64,000 bases of DNA from Bdellovibrionota bacterium (GTDB lineage Bacteria; Bdellovibrionota_C; UBA2361; JAFLCA01), in NCBI GenBank assembly GCA_030584005.1, contig CP129486.1, positions 2,219,971-2,283,970 on the forward strand, read 5' to 3'. Position 1 is the stretch's first letter. Each line of letters opens with the position of its first letter. Made by a program: the position numbers and the translations under genes. Below the pieces are notes generated by a model that was not told the origin of the DNA, did not search any database, and saw nothing but the letters and a program-made list of their open reading frames with translations. Shown here one piece after another: positions 31,612 to 41,629 of this stretch.

Positions 31612-32934
31612 GTGGCTCCAAAGGTTCTGATACGCAAGTTATGGCACCTCTTGGGTGCATCGCTAGTTGAGGCCGCACTTTCCATCCTCTTATTTGTATT
31701 CCTTCTTCTCGCCGTCGTTGATCTTGCACGCTACATTTACATCTATGCCGTATTAAATTACGCGGCCTACGATGCGGTGGACTTCGCCAGTAAGCGCGAA
31801 GTTGAAATTGCCACTGCGATTGGAGACTGCACACCCAGTGACCCCTGTGATGAATACCGAGAGCTGGTCGCGGAAATCCTAGCCCGCGCGGAGGAACTCG
31901 CAGATCTCGCTACCACTCGACCGAATGTTGCCAGTTCCGCACAACGTGTTGCATTTAAGCACTACGACATTGCGACTTACACAAATGGACCAGTTCACGA
32001 GTGTGACTATGATATCTGGACAGGGTTCGGCGATATCTCTACCGGGGCAGGCTTTCTAAGGCCCGGAGAGCTTGCATTACGGATCTCCCCTCATGATCCG
32101 CTCTTCAATGGGGTAATCGAACACCGCACCCGAACTCCTTCGGGCGGGGGCTGCTGGCCCCAAACAGGTGAGGTTTGGGGAACGATTGTCGAGCAGCACC
32201 CGTTGGAAGTGCGAATCGAGGCCATATTCAACGCAGTCACCCCTCTTATTCCGAACCTGACCGTTGTGGCTCGACAGTATGGATTTCGACGGACCCGCGC
32301 CTTCGGCACAGGCGGCTCAGGGACGCCATGGACCGCCGTCCCCTCGGATACGCCCACCGAGGCTCCCACAGCTACTTGGACCACAGGACCGACGGAAACT
32401 CCGACCGAGACCCCCACTGAGACTCAAACGGCCACTCATACCGGAACGGCGACTCACACCGGGACAGCCACAAATACAGGCACGGCCACTCACACGGGCA
32501 CAGTCACCCACACCGCCACACATACCGGCACCGCCACTCACACCGGAACGGTTACCAATACTGCCACCAATACCGGAACCGCAACCGCTACTGGCACCGC
32601 CACCCACACCGGCACGGTAACACATACGGGAACAGCGACGGGAACAGCGACACATACCGGTACGGCCACCCATACGGGCACGGTTACCAACACTGCAACC
32701 CAAACGGGAACCGCTACTCATACCGGTACTGCAACAAACACGGCAACGATTACATCAACGGCGACAAATACGGCGACCGCTACTTTTACCCACACAGCCA
32801 CCCACACCGAGACGCCAGCGCCGACGCCCACATTCAATTGTCCCGCATGTTTTCAGGCCTTTCCGCAATGCTCTCCCGATGGGTGCTGTGACAGCTGCCC
32901 ACAGTGCGGCGGAATTGAGCCCTGCGAAGAATAG
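31612..32934 (+). CDS. TadE-like N-terminus fused to Thr-rich tandem repeat (TGTATH)n and Cys-rich C-terminus
   Basis: N-terminus [39 protein letters not shown] linker. About 25 hexapeptide [12 protein letters not shown] repeats. C-terminus [31 protein letters not shown]. Confidence 0.55.
   Translation: MAPKVLIRKLWHLLGASLVEAALSILLFVFLLLAVVDLARYIYIYAVLNYAAYDAVDFASKREVEIATAIGDCTPSDPCDEYRELVAEILARAEELADLATTRPNVASSAQRVAFKHYDIATYTNGPVHECDYDIWTGFGDISTGAGFLRPGELALRISPHDPLFNGVIEHRTRTPSGGGCWPQTGEVWGTIVEQHPLEVRIEAIFNAVTPLIPNLTVVARQYGFRRTRAFGTGGSGTPWTAVPSDTPTEAPTATWTTGPTETPTETPTETQTATHTGTATHTGTATNTGTATHTGTVTHTATHTGTATHTGTVTNTATNTGTATATGTATHTGTVTHTGTATGTATHTGTATHTGTVTNTATQTGTATHTGTATNTATITSTATNTATATFTHTATHTETPAPTPTFNCPACFQAFPQCSPDGCCDSCPQCGGIEPCEE
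32431..32810 (+). repeat. 18-bp (and 12-bp) coding tandem repeat array, about 20 units, consensus ACNCAYACCGGNACNGCC
   Basis: Directly visible: acggcgactcacaccgggacagcc / acaaatacaggcacggcc / actcacacgggcacagtc and onward. Lies inside CDS 31612..32934. Confidence 0.75.
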
Positions 32935-32949
32935 CGAGGCGAGATTGTT

Positions 32950-35256
32950 ATGGCGACACGCAATGTAAGTTCTAATCACAATCAGAGGGGTGTGTATCTA
33001 TCGTTGATGGCGCTGGCAACGGTTGCGCTGCTCGCCGTTTTGATCTTGGCGATCGGAACAGGGTTTGTACTTACCGGGAGAGCACGCCTTAAGAATGTAG
33101 CGAATGTAACTGCACTTGCCGCCCTCGAACGGTTCACAAGCACCGATGAAAGCACATTCGATGCCCGCGCCAACGCCGCCCTCGCCAGGGCGAACTATAT
33201 CCTCGGTGAAAATTCAATTCCTGGATTTGCCTCAATGGCTGAAACCCTCTCGCACGCGTCTCCAGGGGTGCCAGGTGAAGCAAACAGGCTTACCTTAGGA
33301 ATGTATTACGCAAGACCGCCGGGTGGCGATGCACAACCATGCGGAGAGGACGAATCGGACTATCCCTGCTTTGTTCCGCGCTACTTCGGCACGACAGCGC
33401 CGCCCGTCGCAAATGCCGCGCGGGTGGACATCAGCGTGCCGATTACCTTTGGGCTTGGCCGATTCCTTGGTCAAGAAACATTTCTGGTAGCCGCAAGCAG
33501 TGTTGCCACCATGCGGCCACAGTCCACCGCATATCTACTCGACGTGTCCCTGTCAACAACGAGAGAGACACACAGATTAGCCGATAGTTTCGGCGTGCAC
33601 CCTTGCTTGGTCGTCGAAGGAATTGGGGGTTGCAGCGGCCCCTCGCATGCGGCCTGTCAATCCCTGCTCGACACACCGGGCTTTTACAATGTATGTCGCG
33701 CCTGCAAGATCCAAGCGAATCAATGCTATCCTGCCTGGGCCATCAAGACACAGGAGTTGTTAAACCATGAAGGTGAGCCGATCTGGGGTAACGATGAAGG
33801 GGAGATTCCCCCAGTTTCGGAGCCGTTCTTTGTAGGTCTCCCATTTCTCCGTGAGGAAGCAACAAAAGATAGCCAAGAATACCTTTGCCGGGATCCTGAT
33901 CTAATATTTGAGCCTGGCTTTCCAGAACGTCGCTATTGGTGCAATACACCTAGTCCGACTGGGGGGGGGTATCCTGCCCCGCCCTTGATGGGCGAGCCCG
34001 TCCAACATTTGCGTCCCCACTACCAAACACGCAATACACCATTTGGACTGGTGCGCTATGATTCGCTATTCCTTCCGGGCCAATACGAGGGGCCACAGCC
34101 ATTTATCCGGTTCTTCAAAGCGTTCAACGTTGGCTTACGTGAGGTACGCGCACGTGCCACGGAAGGAGACAGAGCGATGTTCTCTGCCTTCGTCGGCAAG
34201 ATCCGTGATACCTATCCCGACCCTGATGAGGATGGCGAGAGCTTGACCGAGAATTTAGGGTTTTTGGTGCAGCTCACGAATGCCGAGAACCGCGGGCTGG
34301 TGGAGTGGGACGGAGATAGCATCCCCGGAACCCGTATACATCCTAACTTTATTGATCGCGGGTGGTTTCCCATTATGGATGCGGATCCGCTCAATAATCG
34401 CACTAATCTCGTGGTGGCCATCTATCGCGCAGCAGAACGCCTGATGGAGTTCTCCGCGGTAGGCGCTCGGAAGACCATAGTCCTTGCCTCCGATGGCCTG
34501 GGAATATGCACATTTAACCCCGCCCTAGCCAACCCTGAGGATCCTGCCTCGGGGATTACCTGCCCGACTAATCGGTGGAACGGGCACGTTGGCTCGAATA
34601 ACCAGTTGATTCAGGGGGGGCTATCCGAGTTGTACCCCTCAATTAAAGACATGCTCTCTGTAGGAGAAATTTCGCTCACCGTTCTTCTAGACAGCGATCG
34701 TTTGAACCTAGCGCTCTATAACCGAGTAAACGTAGACGCGGGATGCGGCAATTGGTTCGAACACAATCGCTTCATCCCTGATAATCCCGCTTGCTATATC
34801 AACCAGGAAAACGCGCGCGCCTTTGGATTCGTCCAGGCAGCGCCAGGAGGAGAACCACAATCTGACTGGTTTCTTGATTCGCGCTCAATCGATGAGGAAG
34901 GGGTGCCAACCATAGACCACGAGACAGTTTTTAGCCAAAGTGACGGCAGGTTAGGACTCGCCGTGGGGGTACTTGCAAACCTAGCGATCGGAAGTGGCGG
35001 ATTAATATGTCCACTTTTAGAACCAGGCGCTCCCACTCAGTACCATGACTTCTCAGATCCTGAGCGCGACTGCGCGGCCCCCTGCCCAGAGTGCCCCCCA
35101 TGCACATTGAAGAGTGAGTTTCGCCAACCCAATGAGCTTTTAACTATTTCGCCGCTCTATTTGACCAAGACGGAACAAGCTGCGTTCTGCGTGGCACGAG
35201 CAGTGAATGCTGTTCCCTTTATCCTGACTGCCAACGCGCGGTTCGAGGATGAGTAG
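32950..35256 (+). CDS. TadG-like protein with vWA (MIDAS) domain and Cys-rich C-terminus
   Basis: N-terminal Tad-like segment RGVYLSLMALATVALLAVLILAIGTGFVL. DxSxS MIDAS motif LLDVSLS and downstream LASDG. C-terminal CAAPCPECPPC. Confidence 0.55.
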   Translation: MATRNVSSNHNQRGVYLSLMALATVALLAVLILAIGTGFVLTGRARLKNVANVTALAALERFTSTDESTFDARANAALARANYILGENSIPGFASMAETLSHASPGVPGEANRLTLGMYYARPPGGDAQPCGEDESDYPCFVPRYFGTTAPPVANAARVDISVPITFGLGRFLGQETFLVAASSVATMRPQSTAYLLDVSLSTTRETHRLADSFGVHPCLVVEGIGGCSGPSHAACQSLLDTPGFYNVCRACKIQANQCYPAWAIKTQELLNHEGEPIWGNDEGEIPPVSEPFFVGLPFLREEATKDSQEYLCRDPDLIFEPGFPERRYWCNTPSPTGGGYPAPPLMGEPVQHLRPHYQTRNTPFGLVRYDSLFLPGQYEGPQPFIRFFKAFNVGLREVRARATEGDRAMFSAFVGKIRDTYPDPDEDGESLTENLGFLVQLTNAENRGLVEWDGDSIPGTRIHPNFIDRGWFPIMDADPLNNRTNLVVAIYRAAERLMEFSAVGARKTIVLASDGLGICTFNPALANPEDPASGITCPTNRWNGHVGSNNQLIQGGLSELYPSIKDMLSVGEISLTVLLDSDRLNLALYNRVNVDAGCGNWFEHNRFIPDNPACYINQENARAFGFVQAAPGGEPQSDWFLDSRSIDEEGVPTIDHETVFSQSDGRLGLAVGVLANLAIGSGGLICPLLEPGAPTQYHDFSDPERDCAAPCPECPPCTLKSEFRQPNELLTISPLYLTKTEQAAFCVARAVNAVPFILTANARFEDE

Positions 35257-35446
35257 TCGTTGATTCGATCAGCTGCGAATGGCCTGCGCTGTCCGAAAGA
35301 GCCCCTGAAGAGTGCCTTCATCAGATCGGTCCTTGGCCGTGCACCTGCCATGGGGTCGAAATCGTGCAATAGTCCTAATGGTCGCAGCCTACGCAATCCC
35401 AACTTACTCTCACGCAGAGCATATGTATTGATATAGACGAAGAAAC

Positions 35447-35529
35447 TGCCCAGGAGAGGACTTGAACCTCCACGGCCTTTCGGCCACCAGCCCCTCAAAC
35501 TGGCGTGTCTACCGTTCCACCACCTGGGC
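35447..35529 (-). tRNA. tRNA-Leu (anticodon GAG), type II with long variable arm
   Basis: Manual fold: acceptor GCCCAGG/CCTGGGC plus discriminator A; 3-bp D-stem; anticodon stem CCAGT/GCTGG with loop TTGAGGG (U33, anticodon GAG, G37); variable hairpin GGCCGAAAGGCC; T-arm GGAGG-TTCAAGT-CCTCT. 83 nt, no encoded CCA. Confidence 0.85.
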
Positions 35530-35553
35530 ACAAAAGAGATATGTAGGGTCGCT

Positions 35554-35985
35554 TCACTCCGTTTTGGCCGCTGCATCTGCGGGCGCTGCTTCAACAGGCG
35601 CCGCTAATCCTTCTGCCGGTACCGCATTTGGTGCGGCCGGTTCTGTACTGCTCGCAGCGGATTCGGCTTCAGCTCCGATCTTCTGCATGACGGAACCCTC
35701 CAGCGGATCTACCACTACACTGGGAGCGTTAAGTCTCGTCTGGTATAACTTCACGAGCAGCACCGAAGTCACCATGAAGAGAATGGCGATCGTAGTGGTC
35801 ATCTTAATGAGCAGTCCACTTGCTCCTGCCGCGCCAAAAATCGACTGACTGCTGCCACCTAATGCAGCGCCCAAATCGGCACCCTTGCCCTGCTGCAGTA
35901 ACACCAGGCCAATCAACGAAAGGCAGAGCACGGCATGACAGCTGAGCACAACGTAAAACACTTGCGACCTCAAGGAGTTAGTCAA
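35554..35985 (-). CDS. secG: preprotein translocase subunit SecG
   Basis: LLQQGKGADLGAALGGSSQSIFGA is the SecG signature. Two TM helices. Extended Ala/Pro-rich C-terminus. Confidence 0.75.
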   Translation of the reverse strand: MTNSLRSQVFYVVLSCHAVLCLSLIGLVLLQQGKGADLGAALGGSSQSIFGAAGASGLLIKMTTTIAILFMVTSVLLVKLYQTRLNAPSVVVDPLEGSVMQKIGAEAESAASSTEPAAPNAVPAEGLAAPVEAAPADAAAKTE

Positions 35986-35988
35986 CGA

Positions 35989-36774
35989 CTAATTAACGAT
36001 TCGAACCTCTGAATCCGTTTGGGAGCTTGTATCAAGAATACTCTTTAATTTCAACGCCAGCTCCCGATACACTTTGCCGACGTTGCTATTCCCATCAAGC
36101 ACCACCGGCATACCATTATCCCCACCCTCACGGACTGAGATGTCGATAGGGATCTGCGCTAAAAGGGGCACTCCGAGCTTTTCAGCCAAATGCTTCCCCC
36201 CATCCTTTCCGAAAATCGGAATCTGCTGACCATCAGGTTGAATATACGCAGACATATTCTCCACAATCCCCAGCACCGGTACCTTCACCCGATCGAGCAT
36301 GCTTATGGCTTTGCGCACATCGGCCAGGGCTACCTCCTGCGGAGTAGTTACGACCACCGCGCCGCTTAAGCGAAGCATCTGGGTAAGGGATATCTGCGCG
36401 TCTCCCGTGCCTGGCGGCATATCGACGATGCAGTAGTCGATCTCGCCCCAATTCACATCCTGAAACAGCTGCTGCAATGCCTTATTAAACATGGGCCCGC
36501 GCCAAATGACGGCATCATCGGGGTTGCGCAGGAAAAATCCGAGGGAAACGTACTTAATGCCGTGCTTTAGCGGCGGCACAAGCTGCCCTTCATGATCAGC
36601 GATGACCTCCCCACCGCCCATGAGCGTGGGGATGCTGGGACCGTAAAAATCACTGTCTACCAGCGCCACCCGTGCGCCGGTGAGCCCGAGCCCAACCGCC
36701 AAGTTGACCGCTAGTGTTGATTTGCCTACACCACCCTTTCCCGATACCACCGGGACTATGTGTCTCATCGCCAT
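35989..36774 (-). CDS. Mrp/ApbC-family Fe-S cluster carrier ATPase
   Basis: Deviant Walker A VSGKGGVGKSTLAVNLA, CxxC and the ParA/MinD fold. Confidence 0.85.
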   Translation of the reverse strand: MAMRHIVPVVSGKGGVGKSTLAVNLAVGLGLTGARVALVDSDFYGPSIPTLMGGGEVIADHEGQLVPPLKHGIKYVSLGFFLRNPDDAVIWRGPMFNKALQQLFQDVNWGEIDYCIVDMPPGTGDAQISLTQMLRLSGAVVVTTPQEVALADVRKAISMLDRVKVPVLGIVENMSAYIQPDGQQIPIFGKDGGKHLAEKLGVPLLAQIPIDISVREGGDNGMPVVLDGNSNVGKVYRELALKLKSILDTSSQTDSEVRIVN

Positions 36775-36795
36775 ACTGCACTCACTGTTTTCATT

Positions 36796-38676
36796 TCATC
36801 CGGTCAGCGCCCGCTCAATTAACGCCTCGTCTGGCAGCGCATCATCCTCACGCTCCAGGCCGTGCGCTCGCAGAGCTTCCCGCTTCAACAAACTTTTCTC
36901 CACTCGCGGGTCCACTATATCCCAGGGGAGCAGCTCATCAAACCCCGGCCTCCGATTCACATAGAAGGCCGCCGGCGGGACATCGGGTAGGATGCGTTCT
37001 TCGGCAAGGCGCACAATCCACTTCCAATCCTGCCCGCCTTCCTCTGCTTTCACAAGAATCCTGGCCACCCGCCGATCTCCCCTGGAAAGCAGGGCCTGAA
37101 AGTAGCTCTCCTTGGGCGGTTCAAAACGCAGCTCAAGGTTGGGCACCCCTTTGATCAATTCGCGCACCCTGATCACCCGACGCTCTACCTCTTTGAGCTT
37201 CATCATCGGCTCCCACTGGAAAGGGGTCACCGCCTTGGGGATAAACGGATTCAGTGAAATAGAAACCCACCCCACTGTGCCTGATCCCTTTGATGAGTCT
37301 ACGACCACATCACGAATCGCGTGGGAGAATGCAGCAATGGCATCGACATCTTCGGCACTCTCCGTCGGCAACCCGACGATGAAGTAGAGCTTGAACCCTT
37401 TGACGCCTGAAGAGGCGAGTTTGCGAGCTGCTTCAATATAGGTCTGATTGGGCACCCTCTTGCCGACGGCCCGACGAAGCCGTTCAGAGCCCGCTTCAGG
37501 CGCGAGTGCGACCGTCTTATACTCACTCTCCGAGATGCTTCCGGCAAGGGTGTCGGAAACCTTTTGCGCCATGAGCGAACTTAATGAGGCTCGTTTGCCT
37601 GCCCGAGCAACCTGTGAGGCCAAGCGACCGATAGCCTTATGCGATGAAACGGCCGCGCCGACGAATCCTATGGATTCACTGACCTGCATCCCCAACTCAA
37701 CGGTGCGGGCGATGCTTTCTTCGCTGCGCTTTCGCACCGGTCGATAAATGTATCCAGCGACGCAGAACCGGCAGCCCATCTCACATCCCCGCCCGGTCTC
37801 CGTCATGAACATGGACTTGAATTCCGTAGCCGGTGAAAGAATGCGGGTGTGCGTTGGAAACTCCGAGAGGTTCTTCACGTAGCGGCGCTGCGGCTGCGCA
37901 AGCGGCCCCGCCTCGACAGACTCGAAGGCAGCCACCGTATCATCGGCGTGGTAGCGCACGCGATAGAGCGAAGGCACATAGATGCCCTGAATGCGCGAAA
38001 GGTTTCGTAGCAGCTCACGGCGAGATACCCCCGCACTCTTTCCCGCGATAAGTGCTCGAGTGAGCTCCGCGAGCAACTCCTCGGCCTCCCCCAGCACAAC
38101 GATATCCACCAGGTCAGCAATCGGTTCCGGATTCAGTGTTGCCGCGGTGCCACCAACGATCAGCAGCGGCCTGCCAAAACGAGCACTATCCGCTCTGGCT
38201 GCGCGCTCCTCGGCATCAAGGCTCAACAGCCCTTGATGCATGAGCATGCGTACCATATGTGGATAATCAGTTTCGAAGGAGAGCGAGAAGGCCAGGCAGT
38301 CACAATCGGCCAGCAGTCGATCCTGCTCGACCGTGCGCATACCCGTCGCTGACACCCCCTCCCCTCTTAACTCGTCCTCAGGGAGAAAGGCCCGGTCGAC
38401 ATCCACTCCCGGTGTGGTCGCAAAGAGGCTGTACACGGCTTGGAAGCCAAGGTTTGACATCCCGACCCAATACTGGTTTGGGTAGACGAGGTGCACCCTG
38501 TAGTTACCGCCGGACTGGGCCTTCGTGACTAAACTTGTCTCCTGCTTGAGTAGCTCTCGATACTGCGTTGCTGCGCCTTTTTGAACGGCGCATCTTTGTT
38601 TCGAAGGTTTTCTGTCTTGGCGCAGCTCTGGCTTTGCCCCGCGCTCTTTTTTACTGCCAGAACTGCGCACCGCCAT
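36796..38676 (-). CDS. B12-binding-domain radical SAM protein (TIGR03960-like)
   Basis: 626 aa. Radical SAM CxxxCxxC (RGCEMGCRFCVAGY). N-terminal YPNQYWVGMSNLGFQ block typical of this uncharacterised family. Confidence 0.7.
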   Translation of the reverse strand: MAVRSSGSKKERGAKPELRQDRKPSKQRCAVQKGAATQYRELLKQETSLVTKAQSGGNYRVHLVYPNQYWVGMSNLGFQAVYSLFATTPGVDVDRAFLPEDELRGEGVSATGMRTVEQDRLLADCDCLAFSLSFETDYPHMVRMLMHQGLLSLDAEERAARADSARFGRPLLIVGGTAATLNPEPIADLVDIVVLGEAEELLAELTRALIAGKSAGVSRRELLRNLSRIQGIYVPSLYRVRYHADDTVAAFESVEAGPLAQPQRRYVKNLSEFPTHTRILSPATEFKSMFMTETGRGCEMGCRFCVAGYIYRPVRKRSEESIARTVELGMQVSESIGFVGAAVSSHKAIGRLASQVARAGKRASLSSLMAQKVSDTLAGSISESEYKTVALAPEAGSERLRRAVGKRVPNQTYIEAARKLASSGVKGFKLYFIVGLPTESAEDVDAIAAFSHAIRDVVVDSSKGSGTVGWVSISLNPFIPKAVTPFQWEPMMKLKEVERRVIRVRELIKGVPNLELRFEPPKESYFQALLSRGDRRVARILVKAEEGGQDWKWIVRLAEERILPDVPPAAFYVNRRPGFDELLPWDIVDPRVEKSLLKREALRAHGLEREDDALPDEALIERALTG

Positions 38677-38681
38677 ACCGA

Positions 38682-39209
38682 TTACTCACCTGCCTCGGTA
38701 TTATCTGCATTCTCCTGAGCACCTTCGGCCCCTTCTGCCTTGGGAGCATCCTTGGGAGCCGCCTCTTCTTTCTTTGGTGCCAGGTTCTTCCAGTTCCTCA
38801 GTTTGAGCCGCATATCCTTAACCTGTGGAGTGGCAGAGATTGGCTGCTCGGCATTCGCACCACCTTTCAACGTGTAAGAATAATAGTCTGACCGCGCACG
38901 GGTGCCATTAGCGGTGAGCTGCTCCACCTCTAGATTCACCGTATAGGGGTCTTCCGAGTTATTGAAGACCTTCATAATCCAATTGTTGCCCTTACCCCGT
39001 GAGATAGAACCGGATATGGGAGCCGCATCATCGCCCCCCAATCCCACATCCCCCCAAGGATTGGCGACCTCCGCACGGGTACCCGCCGTCGCCGATTCGG
39101 AAAGTACGCCACTTTGCGGGAGCTCCTTTGCCTTGGGCTTGGACACTTCAGCCAGTAGAAAACTCGGCACACACAACGCACAGAGAAACAGCACCAGAAT
39201 CTTGCACAT
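38682..39209 (-). CDS. secreted hypothetical protein
   Basis: Signal peptide MCKILVLFLCALCVPSFLLA. Lys/Ala/Glu-rich C-terminus. Confidence 0.4.
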   Translation of the reverse strand: MCKILVLFLCALCVPSFLLAEVSKPKAKELPQSGVLSESATAGTRAEVANPWGDVGLGGDDAAPISGSISRGKGNNWIMKVFNNSEDPYTVNLEVEQLTANGTRARSDYYSYTLKGGANAEQPISATPQVKDMRLKLRNWKNLAPKKEEAAPKDAPKAEGAEGAQENADNTEAGE

Positions 39210-39428
39210 AAATCATCGCCTTCGAATTAATCTCACCACCGCTGATTGCATAGCCGCAAAACTACGCTCCCCTTTTTACCACAACTGAGGGTACATTGAC
39301 CCATCGCGCTAGGGCGATCTCAGAAAAAATGTCCACCATGAACCGGTTCCATCATCAGGACATATGCTCTTTGAAGCGCTCTAGGCGACTGCGGTTTGCA
39401 ATATTATCAGATACTTAAGGGATAGGCC

Positions 39429-39758
39429 ATGACCCTCTCTATCGCCCTCACCTCGCTGCCTGATCAGGAGTCTGCAAAGACGCTTAGTCAAAGTCTCCTG
39501 GAATCCCGCCTAGCGGCCTGTGTGTCGATGATCCCCGGGGTGCAATCAACCTACTGGTGGGAGGGGCGTCTAGAGCAGTCGGCTGAGGTTTTGCTCCTGA
39601 TCAAGTTTCCCCAGGCACTGCTCAGCCAATTGGAGTCACACCTCCTCAGGGTTCATCCCTACGATGTTCCGGAATTTGTCGTGCTCCCCTCAACCTACGC
39701 CAGCGCGGCGTATGAGGGTTGGGCTCATTCCGTGTGTACGGGAACACTCCAAAAGTAG
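39429..39758 (+). CDS. cutA: divalent-cation tolerance protein CutA
   Basis: 109 aa. CutA1 motifs SxYxWxG (QSTYWWEG) and C-terminal HPYDVPEF. Confidence 0.75.
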   Translation: MTLSIALTSLPDQESAKTLSQSLLESRLAACVSMIPGVQSTYWWEGRLEQSAEVLLLIKFPQALLSQLESHLLRVHPYDVPEFVVLPSTYASAAYEGWAHSVCTGTLQK

Positions 39759-40069
39759 TTCAAGCCTTTTCCTGTCATGGGTCTGGGGTTGCGCACTATC
39801 ACGGCTAAGCCCCTATACCGTTGGTCGTGAGAAAATCCGGCGTGGACTTTTGCGCTCCCGTCGATTCCAGCGAACCAGCTGGAATCTTTGGTCGCGGCGA
39901 GCGCCTCCAGGCATTCGACGCTCGTGAGCCCCATGCATGGCGCGCTAGCTCTTCATGAACATTGGCAAGGAATCGGAGCGTGGCATCCCGATTCCTTGCC
40001 AATCAGAATAGCTGGTTCCACGATGTTGTATCAGCCATTCTGTAGGCGTAGACCCTAAATCACGGAGAA

Positions 40070-41539
40070 CTACACCATCATCCAAGCCGGGGTATTCGAA
40101 GCATACTCAATCAGAGGCAGCGCCAACACGTGTGACCCTCCGGAGGTTTCGCTCTTTGATCCATCAACATTGACTTCAATTACGTACGGCTCGTCGTTAT
40201 CAGGCCCGCGTGAGACCATCCACTTGCTCTCTACCTGGACTTGTCGCCCATCACGTCGGGTATGCAGCAGTGTGCCCTCCCAGGCATCGCCAGCCATGAT
40301 GCGCGCATTGATCTCATCAAGGGGAGAGCTGAACTCCGTTCTCAGCAATTCATGGGAAATCTGCCCCACGGCCTCTGAGTCACGAAAACCGTAGTAGCGC
40401 TCAGCGCCGCTATTCCAAAAAAAGATGTTTCCGTCGAGGCTGCGCACCATTATTTGCCGTGCCGGTGTAGCGTAATCAACCGGCGCTACAGGCACATGCT
40501 TTGTCGATGAGAGGCGCTCGCCCTTCGCGGCAACGGAGAGATATCCATTCGCGACGTACCATTGCAGGATATCTTGTACCTCGTCGGCCCAGATTCGCTG
40601 AGGGGCAAAACCGAGCATGTCACGGGCCTTGGAAGCATCGAACCAACGATTCTTGGTGAAGAAATCAACGCGCCGTCGAAAGATCGGTGGCTCTATGTTA
40701 AAGGGAACACACAGCGTCTCGCAAATAGTGCCCAACAACTGCATAGGCTTGACGGGCAGGTGCAGCCAAGGCTTGTGCACTTCGAGGCTGGTCGATATCA
40801 GATCGACAAGCTCATGCAGCCGTACCGCACGTTCCCCGGCGATGATGAATACTTCGTTGTGGATCTGGGTGGCGTCGAGCCCCTGTACAAAAGCCCGCGC
40901 AAGATCTCGCACGTCGATAAAGTGAACGTAAGAGTCCCCTTTCCCCACATACATGAAGCGCTGCTGCGCAATCATGGAGAATAGTTTAAGCGTGCGCAGA
41001 TCGCCGGGGCCATAGATCATGGCTGGACGAATCACGATCCCTCGCATGTCTCCATTGGAGAAAAATCCGCGAGCTATCTCTTCGCCTTCAAGCTTGGTTC
41101 GCTGGTAGGCATCGCCCGGATTTAGTGGCGACGTCTCCACACCCGGGGGCTGCGCCACATCACCGTGCACACCAACCGTGGAGCAGTGCACGATGCGCTG
41201 TACTCCCGCATCTCGTGCCTCTTCGAACACAATTCGGGTACCCCCGGCGTTGATATCTCTGAATGTAGACTCCGGATGTCCGGCGGAACGAAACAACGCA
41301 GCGATATGAATAACCGATGATGCCCCTTTCAGGCACTCGCGTACCGCGGCTCGGTCACGGATATCGGCTACCACTGTCGGGATGCCTAGTGCTCTTAGCG
41401 CATGTGCATGGGAGTGAGAACGCACCATCGCCCGGACAGGGCGGCCCTGATCGCGTAGCAGTTTGACCACGTAGCCGCCGACAAATCCCGCAGCCCCGGT
41501 GACGACGATAGGTTTTGTTTCGGTACTATTTGATCCCAT
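40070..41539 (-). CDS. NAD-dependent epimerase/dehydratase fused to C-terminal PAS-like domain
   Basis: Rossmann GAAGFVGGYVV at the N-terminus with an SDR-extended pattern. C-terminal about 120 aa resemble a PAS fold (DGNIFFWNSGAERYYGF...). Confidence 0.65.
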   Translation of the reverse strand: MGSNSTETKPIVVTGAAGFVGGYVVKLLRDQGRPVRAMVRSHSHAHALRALGIPTVVADIRDRAAVRECLKGASSVIHIAALFRSAGHPESTFRDINAGGTRIVFEEARDAGVQRIVHCSTVGVHGDVAQPPGVETSPLNPGDAYQRTKLEGEEIARGFFSNGDMRGIVIRPAMIYGPGDLRTLKLFSMIAQQRFMYVGKGDSYVHFIDVRDLARAFVQGLDATQIHNEVFIIAGERAVRLHELVDLISTSLEVHKPWLHLPVKPMQLLGTICETLCVPFNIEPPIFRRRVDFFTKNRWFDASKARDMLGFAPQRIWADEVQDILQWYVANGYLSVAAKGERLSSTKHVPVAPVDYATPARQIMVRSLDGNIFFWNSGAERYYGFRDSEAVGQISHELLRTEFSSPLDEINARIMAGDAWEGTLLHTRRDGRQVQVESKWMVSRGPDNDEPYVIEVNVDGSKSETSGGSHVLALPLIEYASNTPAWMMV

Positions 41540-41629
41540 GCGAACGAAGCTAGAAAGTAGACGCAGAGCCTCGACCCCGTAATCCCTCTGGTCTCCGATG
41601 CCCACACGACATTGTAACTATAACTTTTC

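Noticed and set aside
32264-32721. ORFs 32264..32620(+) and 32317..32721(-) inside the 18-bp tandem repeat
   Set aside because: Frame-shifted or antisense readings of the TGTATH repeat give Pro-rich and Gly/Cys/Ser-rich low-complexity products. Not independent genes.
32431-32810. Regular short tandem repeats that might be mistaken for a CRISPR array
   Set aside because: Units are 18 bp with no unique spacers, perfectly in frame, and inside a CDS. This is a coding tandem repeat, not repeat-spacer architecture. No cas genes are present.
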